Part shown: in pieces, positions 51,040 to 62,625 of the stretch
How the letters are laid out: each line of letters starts with the position of its first letter
How positions within the stretch are numbered: position 1 is the stretch's first letter
Source: Alphaproteobacteria bacterium
GTDB taxonomy: Bacteria > Pseudomonadota > Alphaproteobacteria > Bin95
Reading direction: 5' to 3'
DNA length: 64,000 nt
NCBI GenBank assembly: GCA_963665325.3
Contig: OZ224045.1
Location: 352,001-416,000, forward strand
Notes under the pieces: model-generated
The model's database searches: none
What the model was told of the DNA's origin: nothing
What the model saw: the letters and a program-made list of their open reading frames with translations, nothing else
Program-made: the position numbers and the translations under genes

Positions 51040-52131
51040 TCAGCCGTCCTCCAGATGCAAGAGCGCGGCACATCCGAGCATCACCGCAGCGGCTGCCGGT
51101 GTCCAGGCGGCCAACACGACCGGCGCCCTTCCCGAAAGGCCGAGCGCGAAAACGACGTCCGACAGGATGAAGAGCAGGAAGCCGGCCCCGACCCCGGCGG
51201 CAAGCATCGCCGCTGCGCCGCCGCGCCGCCGCGAGCGGATCGAAACTGTTGCCCCGATCAGGAGCATCGCTGCCGTCAAGACGACAGATGCCAGCAAGGC
51301 ATGCAGCCGAAGCCGGTGCTTTCGCGCCGGGAATCCCGCTTCTTCCAGCGATTCGATGTACCCAGGCAATCTCCAGACCGACATCGTGGCCGGGCCCGCC
51401 AGGCCGTCTTCGATACGTTCCCAGCTGAGCGTCGTAGGGACAGTCGCGGCACGGCGACGGACCGGGGAGTCTCTCGAATCGGCATCCCAAACGCCCTCAA
51501 GGGACCAGTGCCCTTGGCGCAGCTCCGCCGAATTCGCGTCGAGGCGATTTTGAAAGCTTTGCATGCCCTCGAAACGATAAAGCACCACGTCGTACAATAC
51601 GCGATCCGGTCCGACCCGGTCCGCGAACAGGATCGTCAAGTTGCCGTCGACAACTTCTCGCAGCCACAACCCCGATTGGGAAATCGACGATACCGGAGCC
51701 GCGTTCCCGAAATACTGCGCTTCCAGCCGTTCGAAACGGTCTTGCGCCGCAGCAGCAATCGGGCCGTAAAGCATCACTTTGCCCAAACCAAGCAGGAACG
51801 CAATCGCCAGCGCAGGCAGCAAAACCCGCCAGACCGAGACGCCGGCCCCGTGCGCTGCTGTCAGTTCGTTGTGCCGCGCCAGCCGATCGAAAGCGAACAG
51901 ACTGCCGAAAAGCACCGCGAAAGGCAGCATGAGTTCCAGCATTGCCGGCAATTTGAGCATCGCCATTTCCAGCACGATGCTGAATGTCGCGGCCTCCCGC
52001 GTACCGGAACGGCGCAACAGTTCGATCATTCCGACCAGCCATATAATCGCCGCCAACACGAGCAGGACGATGCATACCCAGAGAAGAAACCGCCTGGCCA
52101 AATACCGAAAAAGCACCCCGAACTGCTTCAT
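51040..52131 (-). CDS. lptG: LPS export ABC transporter permease LptG
   Basis: RYLARRF, LPFAVLFG, L.RHNELTA..GAG.S, GLWLRE, ends LLHLEDG. Confidence 0.88.
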   Translation of the reverse strand: MKQFGVLFRYLARRFLLWVCIVLLVLAAIIWLVGMIELLRRSGTREAATFSIVLEMAMLKLPAMLELMLPFAVLFGSLFAFDRLARHNELTAAHGAGVSVWRVLLPALAIAFLLGLGKVMLYGPIAAAAQDRFERLEAQYFGNAAPVSSISQSGLWLREVVDGNLTILFADRVGPDRVLYDVVLYRFEGMQSFQNRLDANSAELRQGHWSLEGVWDADSRDSPVRRRAATVPTTLSWERIEDGLAGPATMSVWRLPGYIESLEEAGFPARKHRLRLHALLASVVLTAAMLLIGATVSIRSRRRGGAAAMLAAGVGAGFLLFILSDVVFALGLSGRAPVVLAAWTPAAAAVMLGCAALLHLEDG

Positions 52132-52147
52132 TCGGCGCTTCCCCGTT

Positions 52148-53242
52148 TCAGACGGAAGCCGGGTGGCGTCGGCCGCTCAGCGCCAGCAGCGCGAATCCGA
52201 CCAAAATCGGCACCGCCCCGATAGCATATTGAAGACCGGCTAGAACCGGCAGTTTTGCCACTGCTGCCTTCGTCGCATACGCTCCCACCAGGAGACCGAA
52301 CGCAATCGCCCCGGCCAGTGCCGGTCGAAACGACTGGCCATGGCGGTTCACCCCGCCCAGCAGCAGACAGGCGAGCGCAACGACAGCCATGGCTCCCGGC
52401 ATGAGGCCGCTTGCAAGCCGGAAATGCCCCTCTGCCCTGTGCTTTGCGACATTTGCCCGCCCGACCTCCTCGGCGGAAGGATTCAGCAATTCGTTCAAAG
52501 TCCGTTCCCGCCGGCTGCGCGCTCTCTGCGGAACGGGGGGTAGATTGAGTTCAATTGTGTTGCGGTCGAAATAAACCAGGGTCAGGCGCCCCGTTTCCCG
52601 GTCGATCTCGTGCCTGCTCCCGTTGAAGGCAGTCAGCCTCGGTATTCCGTCCTCTACCGAGACGGTACCCCTTTCGGCCATGTAGGTTATGCGCCGCTCA
52701 GGATCCCGGTCATCCTGAAGCAGGATCCCCGAATACTCGCTGCCGCCGGTGCCGTCATGCACGAACAGAGTCATGTCTCGATCGACTTGCCTGAAGGTGC
52801 CCGGTTGCGCAAACAGGATGGAAAAGCGGTCCCTCAGGCTTGATCGAAGGTCGCGCAGCTCACTTTCGGAGGAAGGCGCCAGCACCAGGGCATTCCATGC
52901 GACGATGCCCATGATCGCCAGTCCCAACAAGAGCGCCGGCGCGGCCAGCCGAAGGTCGCTGACCCCGGCCGCCCGCATGACGATGAGCTCGCTTTCGGAG
53001 GCCATTCGTACATAGACCGTCAGGATGGCGATGAGCAACGCCAGCGGCAGCGCCACCCCGGCAAGATAAGGCAGCGCCAGGAGAACGAGCGCCGCAAACA
53101 GTTCGACGGCAGCTCCGCGTTCCACGATATCGTCGACGAAACGCAACGCTGTCGCCAGCAGCAGCAACGGGCAAAGCGCACCGGCCGCGGCGCCCAGTGC
53201 GACAAGCAAACGCCGCAGGACGTAAAGATCGGTCTGGCGCAT
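52148..53242 (-). CDS. lptF: LPS export ABC transporter permease LptF
   Basis: DLYVLRRL, ESELIVMRAAG.S, PGTF, AEGHFRLA; divergent from pepA. Confidence 0.86.
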   Translation of the reverse strand: MRQTDLYVLRRLLVALGAAAGALCPLLLLATALRFVDDIVERGAAVELFAALVLLALPYLAGVALPLALLIAILTVYVRMASESELIVMRAAGVSDLRLAAPALLLGLAIMGIVAWNALVLAPSSESELRDLRSSLRDRFSILFAQPGTFRQVDRDMTLFVHDGTGGSEYSGILLQDDRDPERRITYMAERGTVSVEDGIPRLTAFNGSRHEIDRETGRLTLVYFDRNTIELNLPPVPQRARSRRERTLNELLNPSAEEVGRANVAKHRAEGHFRLASGLMPGAMAVVALACLLLGGVNRHGQSFRPALAGAIAFGLLVGAYATKAAVAKLPVLAGLQYAIGAVPILVGFALLALSGRRHPASV

Positions 53243-53296
53243 CGCGAGCCTATATGCTGCTTTACTGAAAACTAGACAAGCCGCATGAGGACTCCC

Positions 53297-54757
53297 ATGA
53301 AGGTTTCTTTCGCCACTCCCGCCCTTCCCCCCTCGGGAGCCTTGGTACTGACGGTCGTCAAAGGAGGGACTCTGGAAGGCTTGGCGGCCGAAGCGGACGC
53401 TGCTGCGTCGGGCGCGCTTTCCAAAGCAATGGCAGCTTCCCGGTTCCACGGTGAGGCGAAGGCTACGCTTGAGGTCATGGTCCCCTCCGGCCTCGATGCC
53501 GAACGGGTCCTGCTCGTCGGAGTGGGGGATGAACTCGATGGGCGTCTGGCGGAGGATCTCGGCGGCACGATCTATTCCGTTCTCGCGAGGTCGGGTTCGG
53601 AGTCGGCGACGCTTGTCTGGCCGCAGGCCGGATCCGCCGCAGTCGTCGGTCTGGGCGCCGCTCTTGCAGCCTACCGCTTCGACAAGTACCGCACACAACT
53701 GAAGGACAAGGACAAACCGGTGCTCGCCGAACTCGTCATCGCAGCGCCGGATGCCGATGCTGCCCGCCGGTCCTACGATGAGGACGGCGCCAAGATAGTC
53801 GAAGCAGTCAAATTTGCGCGCGACTTCGTCTCGGAGCCCGGCAATGTTCTTTACCCGGAGACTTACGCGGAAGGGCTTCGCGAATTGGAAGCGGTCGGCG
53901 TCTCGGTGGAAGTGTTCGACCGGGCGGCGCTGGAAGAGCTGAACATGGCGACGCTGTTGGGCGTAGCGCAAGGCAGTGCTCGAGAGGCCCGGGTGGTCGT
54001 CATGCGCTGGAATGGAGCCGAGGGACCGCCGATAGCTCTCGTCGGCAAAGGCGTGACCTTCGACACTGGCGGCATATCGATCAAGCCGAGCGGCGGCATG
54101 GAAGAGATGAAATGGGATATGGGCGGATCCGCCGCTGTGGTCGGAGCGATGAAGGCGATTGCCGGCCGCAAGGCGGCCGCGAATGTCGTCGGTATCGTAG
54201 GCCTTGTGGAGAACATGCCTTCCTCGACGGCGCAACGGCCAGGCGACGTCGTAGCCAGCTATTCCGGCCAGACTGTCGAGGTAATCAATACCGATGCTGA
54301 AGGACGCCTCGTTCTGGCGGACCTGCTGGCCTATGTCATCGAAGTTTACAAGCCACGCGCTGTGGTCGATCTGGCAACGTTGACCGGCGCCATCGTTATG
54401 GCGCTCGCCCACGAATATGCCGGCATCTTCTCCAATGACGAGGCGCTGGCGCAATCGCTGCTGGCGGCAGGCGACGCCGTGGACGAGAAGTTATGGCGGT
54501 TTCCGCTTCATGACGCCTACGACAAGATGCTGGAATCGCCTATCGCCGACATGAGGAACATCGGCTCCTCGCGCGAGGCGGGCGCGATAACGGCAGCGCA
54601 ATTCCTGAAGCGTTTTGTCGGCGAGACGCCGTGGGCACATCTCGACATTGCCGGCACAGCTTGGACCGACAAGGCGCGTCCGACCGTGCCCAAGGGCGCG
54701 ACAGGCTACGGCGTCCGCCTGCTCGACCGGCTGGTCCGGGATGTCTGCGAAAGCTGA
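53297..54757 (+). CDS. pepA: Leucyl aminopeptidase
   Basis: GKGVTFDTGG, MKWDMGG, NTDAEGRLVLAD, HLDIAG. Confidence 0.96.
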   Translation: MKVSFATPALPPSGALVLTVVKGGTLEGLAAEADAAASGALSKAMAASRFHGEAKATLEVMVPSGLDAERVLLVGVGDELDGRLAEDLGGTIYSVLARSGSESATLVWPQAGSAAVVGLGAALAAYRFDKYRTQLKDKDKPVLAELVIAAPDADAARRSYDEDGAKIVEAVKFARDFVSEPGNVLYPETYAEGLRELEAVGVSVEVFDRAALEELNMATLLGVAQGSAREARVVVMRWNGAEGPPIALVGKGVTFDTGGISIKPSGGMEEMKWDMGGSAAVVGAMKAIAGRKAAANVVGIVGLVENMPSSTAQRPGDVVASYSGQTVEVINTDAEGRLVLADLLAYVIEVYKPRAVVDLATLTGAIVMALAHEYAGIFSNDEALAQSLLAAGDAVDEKLWRFPLHDAYDKMLESPIADMRNIGSSREAGAITAAQFLKRFVGETPWAHLDIAGTAWTDKARPTVPKGATGYGVRLLDRLVRDVCES

Positions 54758-55190
54758 CCCGCCGGGTTTCTACGACCTGGATGGCGCCCCGCTCGACCTT
54801 GGCCTGGGCCGGCTACTCGAAGCCGCACTGGCCGAAGGTCGGCGGGTATGCGTCCGCCTCGGCCAGGAGGAACGCGTAGCAGCGCTCGACCAAGGACTTT
54901 GGACCTATCGCAACGACAGCTTCCTGCCCCATGGAAGCGAAGGCGACCCCGCGGAGCATCCGGTGTGGCTGACGGCGGCGCTCGGGAATCCCAACGCGGC
55001 CGACCTGCTTGTCGTCGTGGACGATGCGTCCATGGATGGACGGGACGAATTCGCCGGTACCATCTATCTGTTCGACCGGCGCGACCCTGCAATGAGGGAC
55101 ATCGCCCGCGATCGCTTTGCTGCGTTTCGCGACCACGGAAACCCGCCTGGCTACCTGCGGTTCGGGACTCAAGGCTGGCCCCAATCGTAA
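54741..55190 (+). CDS. holC: DNA polymerase III subunit chi
   Basis: FY.L, LD..LWTY..DSFLPHG, PVWLT..NPN.A; follows pepA. Confidence 0.88.
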   Translation: MSAKADPPGFYDLDGAPLDLGLGRLLEAALAEGRRVCVRLGQEERVAALDQGLWTYRNDSFLPHGSEGDPAEHPVWLTAALGNPNAADLLVVVDDASMDGRDEFAGTIYLFDRRDPAMRDIARDRFAAFRDHGNPPGYLRFGTQGWPQS

Positions 55191-55198
55191 GGGCGTCG

Positions 55199-55227
55199 TT
55201 GTGCGGAACGGTCGGCATGGCTATAAC
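55199..55227 (+). promoter_or_regulatory. Putative sigma70 promoter of ndk
   Basis: TTGTGC-N17-TATAAC, then GGAGGAG RBS before GTG 55261. Confidence 0.5.
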
Positions 55228-55260
55228 GCCGCGCCCGCCAAGCTGGGGAGGAGACCTGAA

Positions 55261-55683
55261 GTGGCGACCGAACGCACATTGTCGATTGTGAAACCCGACG
55301 CGACCCGACGACAATTGACGGGGGAGATCGTCGCCCGGCTGGAGAAGGCGGGACTACAGGTCGTGGCCCAGAAACGCATCCGGCTGACACGGGAGCAGGC
55401 GGAGGGCTTCTATGCCGAGCACAGCGAACGGCCGTTCTTCGACGACCTTTGCACCTTCATGACCTCCGGCCCGGTTGTCGTCCAGGTCCTCGAAAGCGAG
55501 AACGCTATCGATCAAAATCGCGAGATCATGGGCGTCACCAACCCGGCCAATGCCGCCGATGGCACCATCCGCAAGGATTATGGCGAGTCGATCGAGGCCA
55601 ATTCCGTCCACGGCTCGGACTCTCCGGAAAGCGCGGAGCGGGAAATCACCTATTTCTTCAGCACCTGCGAAATCGTCGGCTAG
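55261..55683 (+). CDS. ndk: Nucleoside diphosphate kinase
   Basis: [28 protein letters not shown]. Confidence 0.97.
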   Translation: MATERTLSIVKPDATRRQLTGEIVARLEKAGLQVVAQKRIRLTREQAEGFYAEHSERPFFDDLCTFMTSGPVVVQVLESENAIDQNREIMGVTNPANAADGTIRKDYGESIEANSVHGSDSPESAEREITYFFSTCEIVG

Positions 55684-56429
55684 GAACGGTCCGGGCTGTC
55701 TACACGGGCTACGGACAGGGCATCGACGCGGGCAGCGCCTGAGCGTTTCAGGACCCGCGCGCAGGCTTCGAGCGTCGCCCCGGTCGTCAGCACATCGTCC
55801 ACGATCACGATACGCGCTCCGCGCACACGGTCCCGCCAGGCCGGCGCCAGCCGGAATGCGCCGGCGACATTGCGCCCGCGCTCGCGCCGCCCGAGTTCGG
55901 TCTGCGGGCGGGTACGCCGAATGCGCCGCAGCATATCGGGAGCGAAGACCGCCCTGCCCCTTGCCGCCAGGCGCCGGGCCAGCAGCGCGGACTGGTTGTA
56001 GCGGCGCCGGTAGAGCCGCATCCAGTGGAGCGGTACCGGCACGATCCAGTCCGCGTCCTTCAGCAAGGTGGCGCCGGCATCCAGCGTCCAGACCGTCAGT
56101 ATCGGCGCCAGGCCGGTCTCGTCGCGAAACTTAAACCGGTGGATAAGGTCTCTCGCGTTACCTTCATAAATTAGTGCACTTCTAGCGCGATCATAGGCCG
56201 GACGCCTCGCCATGCATGCCGCACACAAGGAAGCGGCTTCTGCCTCGAAGGCGAAGGGCCGCCCGCAACAGTCGCAGAGCGGCTCCGCCACGAAAGCAAG
56301 ATCCGACCAGCAGGCTGCACAAAGGGTCGCCGGGTCCGCGACAGGACCGCGGCAGGAAGCGCAGCGCGGCGGCAGCGCCAGGTCCAGCAGCAGCCGACCG
56401 AACGCTGCGGCTCCAACCACGGGTAACAC
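55680..56429 (-). CDS. comF: ComF family protein (double zinc ribbon plus PRTase domain)
   Basis: Four CxxC pairs, [22 protein letters not shown]. Confidence 0.9.
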   Translation of the reverse strand: MLPVVGAAAFGRLLLDLALPPRCASCRGPVADPATLCAACWSDLAFVAEPLCDCCGRPFAFEAEAASLCAACMARRPAYDRARSALIYEGNARDLIHRFKFRDETGLAPILTVWTLDAGATLLKDADWIVPVPLHWMRLYRRRYNQSALLARRLAARGRAVFAPDMLRRIRRTRPQTELGRRERGRNVAGAFRLAPAWRDRVRGARIVIVDDVLTTGATLEACARVLKRSGAARVDALSVARVDSPDRS

Positions 56430-56438
56430 CGGCCGGGA

Positions 56439-57971
56439 TCAGGCGGGACGGCTCCAAAACCGGGTCGTGCCATCACGATCCAACTGCTCCACCAGCCCGG
56501 TTTCCCAGTCGAGGTAAGCCTGCATGTTCTCCTCGACGGTTCCGGCCTGCTCATAAGGCTTCAGCCAGACGTCGTCGGGCGTATCCGCCATGTGCGCAGC
56601 CCCGCTTTCCAGCGGACCCGTCCATGCGCGCGTACCGCCCTCCAGCACCGCGACCGGGCGGTCGAAATCGCCTGCGGCCAATCGCGCCAGCTGTCCGTCG
56701 GGCGAGGTGAAGACATAGCGCTCCGCGTCCGGCAGACGCGCCGAAGCGAGCCTCGAGCGGACCGCAAACCAGGCTCCCGGAATGTGGCCGTCGGCATAGG
56801 TCTTGCTGTCGGCGAAATCGACCACGACCGCTCCTTCGACCGCCTCCGGCCCGACTGTCGGCACGTCGGCCAGCCCCGGTATCTCGTGAGCCTCGGGCCC
56901 GGTCTCCAGCGGGCCGGTCTCAAGCGCCCCTTCGAGCACCGCGGCCTCCCAGTTCATCTGCCGGAGCCAGTGGGCGGTCATCGCCGCACGGACGCCGGTG
57001 TCGTCCACCAGGAAGATGCGGGCGCCCTGCACCGCCGCATAGCGGTCCGTCGCCTGCACCAATTGGCCGCCGGGCGCGGAACGCGAGCCCTTCAGGTGCC
57101 CCGCTTCGAACTCATGCGGATGTCGCACGTCGAACACATAGGTCGTCCGGCCGGGCGCAGGTGCGATCTCGCGCACGACCGGCACCTCGAAACGCCCGGC
57201 AACCGCCCTGGCACAGGCGCGCGCCGCTTCCAGCCCGGACGCGCTCGGTTCCGGCGCAGGGCGCTCATTGCCACGCTCCAGTTCGAGGCCGGCGAGATGC
57301 CAGCCCATGGTGCCGTTGCGCAGCGCCGCGACCCGGTTCGGTATGCCGGCATTGATGAGCGATTGCGCCCCGATGATGCTGCGTGTCCGCCCGGCGCAAT
57401 TGACGATAACCGTCGTGTCCGGCGAGGGGGCGAGGTCGTGGACGCGATAGACGAGTTCCGCTCCCGGACAGCAGGTCCCGGTCGGAATGTTCATATTCCG
57501 GAACTCGTCCATCGGCCGGCTGTCCAGCACGACTACCGGGTCCGGGCCGTCGAGCATTTCCTTGAGCTCATCTGCCGACACGGACGGAGTGTCGTAGGCG
57601 TGCTCGACATATTCGCCGAACGCCTTGCTCGGCACGTTGAAGCCGGAGAACACCTCGCAGCCCGCCTGCCGCCAGGCCTCGACCCCGTTCGCGAACAAGG
57701 CGACATCGGTGTAGCCGAGTTCGCCGAGTCGCGCCGCGCCGTGTTCCGCCAACCCCTCGCCATTGTCGGTGACGACGATCCTCGTCGCCTTGCGCGGCAC
57801 CAGGTCGCGGATCGACAGCTCCAGCCGCGAAAGCGGGACATTGCACGCATGCAACAGATGGGCCGGCGCAAACGAACCTTCCTCGCGCATGTCGAGAATG
57901 GCCAGTTCTGCCTCTCCATCCAGCGCCTCGCGCAACTCCTCGGCCGAGATCAGGCTATAGTTCTCGTTCAT
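56439..57971 (-). CDS. Four-domain rhodanese-like sulfurtransferase
   Basis: LDMREE, NVPSKAFGE, VNCAGRTRSIIG, GGQLVQ, GHIPGAWF, MQAYLDWE. Confidence 0.88.
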   Translation of the reverse strand: MNENYSLISAEELREALDGEAELAILDMREEGSFAPAHLLHACNVPLSRLELSIRDLVPRKATRIVVTDNGEGLAEHGAARLGELGYTDVALFANGVEAWRQAGCEVFSGFNVPSKAFGEYVEHAYDTPSVSADELKEMLDGPDPVVVLDSRPMDEFRNMNIPTGTCCPGAELVYRVHDLAPSPDTTVIVNCAGRTRSIIGAQSLINAGIPNRVAALRNGTMGWHLAGLELERGNERPAPEPSASGLEAARACARAVAGRFEVPVVREIAPAPGRTTYVFDVRHPHEFEAGHLKGSRSAPGGQLVQATDRYAAVQGARIFLVDDTGVRAAMTAHWLRQMNWEAAVLEGALETGPLETGPEAHEIPGLADVPTVGPEAVEGAVVVDFADSKTYADGHIPGAWFAVRSRLASARLPDAERYVFTSPDGQLARLAAGDFDRPVAVLEGGTRAWTGPLESGAAHMADTPDDVWLKPYEQAGTVEENMQAYLDWETGLVEQLDRDGTTRFWSRPA

Positions 57972-58001
57972 GGGCTTTCCTTCCGGCGCAGCGGGGCGTC
58001 G

Positions 58002-58775
58002 ATGATACCGCAACTCTTCGACCGAGGCGCCCTACGGCGCCACCGCGACCGGGCGGCGGCAGCGCCGCCGGACGCCGGTTTCCTGTTTCGCGAGGTGGCG
58101 GAGCGCCTGGCCGACCGGCTCGACGATGTAACGGTCGCCTTGCCGGTCGCCCTCGACATCGGCGCGCGCGACGGCGTGCTGGCGAAGGCGCTGGAGGGAC
58201 GGGGCGGAATCGAAACCCTCATCCGCCTGGAGGTCTCTGAGGCGCTCTGCCGCGCCGGAGGCGGCATCTCCGCCGTCGGCGAGGAAGACCGCCTGCCCTT
58301 CGCGCGGCAGAGCTTCAACCTGATTGCGAGCAACCTCGCTTTGCACTGGACGCAGGACCTGCCGGGCGCGCTCGTCCAGATCAAGCAGGCGCTCAAGCCG
58401 GGCGGCCTGTTCCTCGCCAGCCTGTTCGGCGGCGAAACGCTGACCGAACTGCGCCATGGCCTGCTTGCCGCCGATGCTGCTACGTCCGGAGGCGCCGCGC
58501 CCAGGGTTTCCCCGTTCGCCGACCTGCGCGATGCCGCCGGGCTGTTGCAGCGTGCCGGCTTCGACCTCCCGGTTGCCGATCTGGATACCATCCGGGTGAG
58601 CTACGACTCGCCGTTCAAACTGATGGCCGACCTGCGCGCCATGGGCGAGACCAACGCGCTGGACGCCCGGCCGCGGCACTTCGCCCGCCGCGCACTCTTT
58701 GCCGAACTCGCTTCGCAACAGGCGGGCCGGCAGGCGGCAACCTTCCAGATCATCTATCTCTCCGGCTGGGCCTGA
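58002..58775 (+). CDS. SAM-dependent methyltransferase (BioC/NDUFAF5-like)
   Basis: LFDR, LDIGARDG, LHWTQDLPG, RVSPFAD, LQRAGF.LPV.D, LRAMGE. Confidence 0.88.
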   Translation: MIPQLFDRGALRRHRDRAAAAPPDAGFLFREVAERLADRLDDVTVALPVALDIGARDGVLAKALEGRGGIETLIRLEVSEALCRAGGGISAVGEEDRLPFARQSFNLIASNLALHWTQDLPGALVQIKQALKPGGLFLASLFGGETLTELRHGLLAADAATSGGAAPRVSPFADLRDAAGLLQRAGFDLPVADLDTIRVSYDSPFKLMADLRAMGETNALDARPRHFARRALFAELASQQAGRQAATFQIIYLSGWA

Positions 58776-59782
58776 CCGCGAACGAGGCGGGCGCCTGCGA
58801 CCATTGCCCGCAGCTTTTCCCGCGCAAGCCAGCGCGGGAGGGCGGAGAAGCCGCAATCTGCGGTGACCCAGAGCCGGTCTCTCGGCACAACGGCCAGCAC
58901 GCGCTCCAGCCGCGCGGCGACCTCCTCCGGCGTTTCGATGTGGAACGACTTCACGTCGATCACGCCAGCCGCGATGCGGTAGCGCTCCGCCAGCGCCGGT
59001 AACATATCCAGGTCCGCCATCTCGCGGTTGGCGAATTCCAGCACCAGCATCGAGCAGTCGAGCATGGCCATGCCCGGCAGCAGGCGGGCGAAACCGCGCG
59101 GCGCGTATGGGCGGGACGCATTGTTGCCGAAGCAGATATGCACCGCGACCCGCTCCGAATGGCCTGCCACGGCCTTGTTGATCGCCTCCGCGCGGCTGCG
59201 GCTGTCGAGGCCGTAGGAGGGATCGGTGAAACCGGGCTCGTCAATCTGGACCAGTTCCGCCCCCTCTTCCGCAAGCCTGTCGAGTTCGTCTTTCACGATG
59301 CCGGCGATGTCGTCCAGCAGCGCCATCGCGTCGCCGCCATAGGGACCTTCCGGCTCGATCTTGGGCATGAAGGTCAGCGGGCCGGGAAACGCCGCCTTGA
59401 GCAGCCTGCCGGGCGCCAGTTCCCGGAGCCGGCGGTATTCGGCCGCAATGCCGAGGCCGCCCGGCGCACGCACACGCTCGCGGGCCACGAAGTGCGGCGC
59501 CCGGTCATAGCCCGGCACACCGAGCCGCCGGCCGGCCGGAATCCGCTCTATCCCGGTCAGCCGGTCGTACATCTCATAGACGAACCGGCTCCGCCGAAGC
59601 TCGCCGTCGGACAGGATGTCCACGCCCGCCTCAATCTGGTCGGCAATCGCAATGCGGGTCGCATCGTCCAAGGCTTCCTCGACATCCTCGGCGCCGGTCC
59701 GTCCTCCGCGCATGGCCTCCCGGAACAGGAACAGCCAGCCGGGCGCTGCGTAAGACCCCACGCCCATCGTGGGCAAATCCAT
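58754..59782 (-). CDS. Cobalamin-independent methionine synthase II family (MetE C-terminal-only) protein
   Basis: VGSY..P, DGELRR, GPLT, QIDEP, HIC.GN, LEFA, DCGF zinc ligands; AAAGGAGG RBS. Confidence 0.85.
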   Translation of the reverse strand: MDLPTMGVGSYAAPGWLFLFREAMRGGRTGAEDVEEALDDATRIAIADQIEAGVDILSDGELRRSRFVYEMYDRLTGIERIPAGRRLGVPGYDRAPHFVARERVRAPGGLGIAAEYRRLRELAPGRLLKAAFPGPLTFMPKIEPEGPYGGDAMALLDDIAGIVKDELDRLAEEGAELVQIDEPGFTDPSYGLDSRSRAEAINKAVAGHSERVAVHICFGNNASRPYAPRGFARLLPGMAMLDCSMLVLEFANREMADLDMLPALAERYRIAAGVIDVKSFHIETPEEVAARLERVLAVVPRDRLWVTADCGFSALPRWLAREKLRAMVAGARLVRGQAQPER

Positions 59783-59860
59783 CTTGTTTCCTCCTTTCGA
59801 ACTCCGGCACGGGGACAGCGACAGCTTCCCGGATGCCGGGTCCCGCCCGACAGGCCGGAC

Positions 59861-59897
59861 TGTCATGAAGTGTCATGTCTTGTCATGCGATGTCATG
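59861..59897 (-). repeat. CATGACA x4 at exact 10-bp spacing
   Basis: TGTCATG on the + strand at 59861, 59871, 59881, 59891. Confidence 0.9.
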
Positions 59898-60007
59898 GTC
59901 TGCATGCGGATAACGCACAAGGGATGGTCCATTCGGACGTGAAGCCGTCGTTTTCGGCGGGGGCCGGAGGTATTCCGTCTGCTTTCCCCGCTTTGCATCT
60001 TCGGCAT
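59873..60007 (-). CDS. Possible 44-aa small ORF in cassette copy 2 (MPKMQSGESRRN...MTSHDKT)
   Basis: AGAGGAAGGAG RBS before ATG at 60007, at the same relative position as the copy-1 ORF start; coding status unproven. Confidence 0.35.
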   Translation of the reverse strand: MPKMQSGESRRNTSGPRRKRRLHVRMDHPLCVIRMQTMTSHDKT

Positions 60008-60265
60008 GGCTCCTTCCTCTCGATCCAGTTTCGTTCCGTTAGTCCCGCGGCCGGCTCGCCCCTGCGGCGGGACCCTGTTTCGCGCGTATCGGGCGCGAGC
60101 GGGCGCGCCCGTCAGCGCCGGCGCGGTTCGCGCGCCTGATTGCGCGCGCGAGACGGCGGACGCACCTGTCCCGTCCGTTCCCGCCGGGGCATTTTTTTGC
60201 AGCCCCAGCCGCCTTCCTGCGCAGAAATGCGAAAAGGCGGCCCCGGAAGCCGCCTCTCCATTCTC

Positions 60266-60292
60266 ATTCTACCACAGATATTTCTATGTCAA
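60266..60292 (-). promoter_or_regulatory. Putative sigma70 promoter of cassette copy 2
   Basis: Minus strand TTGACA-N15-TAGAAT with extended TG; spacer is short. Confidence 0.5.
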
Positions 60293-60328
60293 ATTTGTTT
60301 TGGCATTAAATCCACATAATGTGAATAA

Positions 60329-62619
<2,291 letters not shown>

Positions 62620-62625
62620 CCGCTC

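Larger units (their letters stand above)
59829..60300 (-). repeat. Copy 2 of the dispersed cassette (inverted relative to copy 1)
   Basis: Reverse complement of 60063-60180 aligns to 47259-47376; hairpin 60231-60258; RBS; four CATGACA repeats. Confidence 0.8.

Noticed and set aside
56592-58001. Long N-terminal extensions in the ORF track (also on puuD, xdhB, lptF, puuE, tyrC)
   Set aside because: They overlap other genes; downstream starts match family N-termini and translational coupling
59861-59897. CRISPR array
   Set aside because: Repeats are 7 nt with 3-nt spacers; no cas genes in the window
59783-60260. Cobalamin or SAM riboswitch upstream of the MetE-like gene
   Set aside because: No B12-box or SAM-II/SAM-alpha consensus visible, and the same core occurs at 47.3 kb next to no methionine gene
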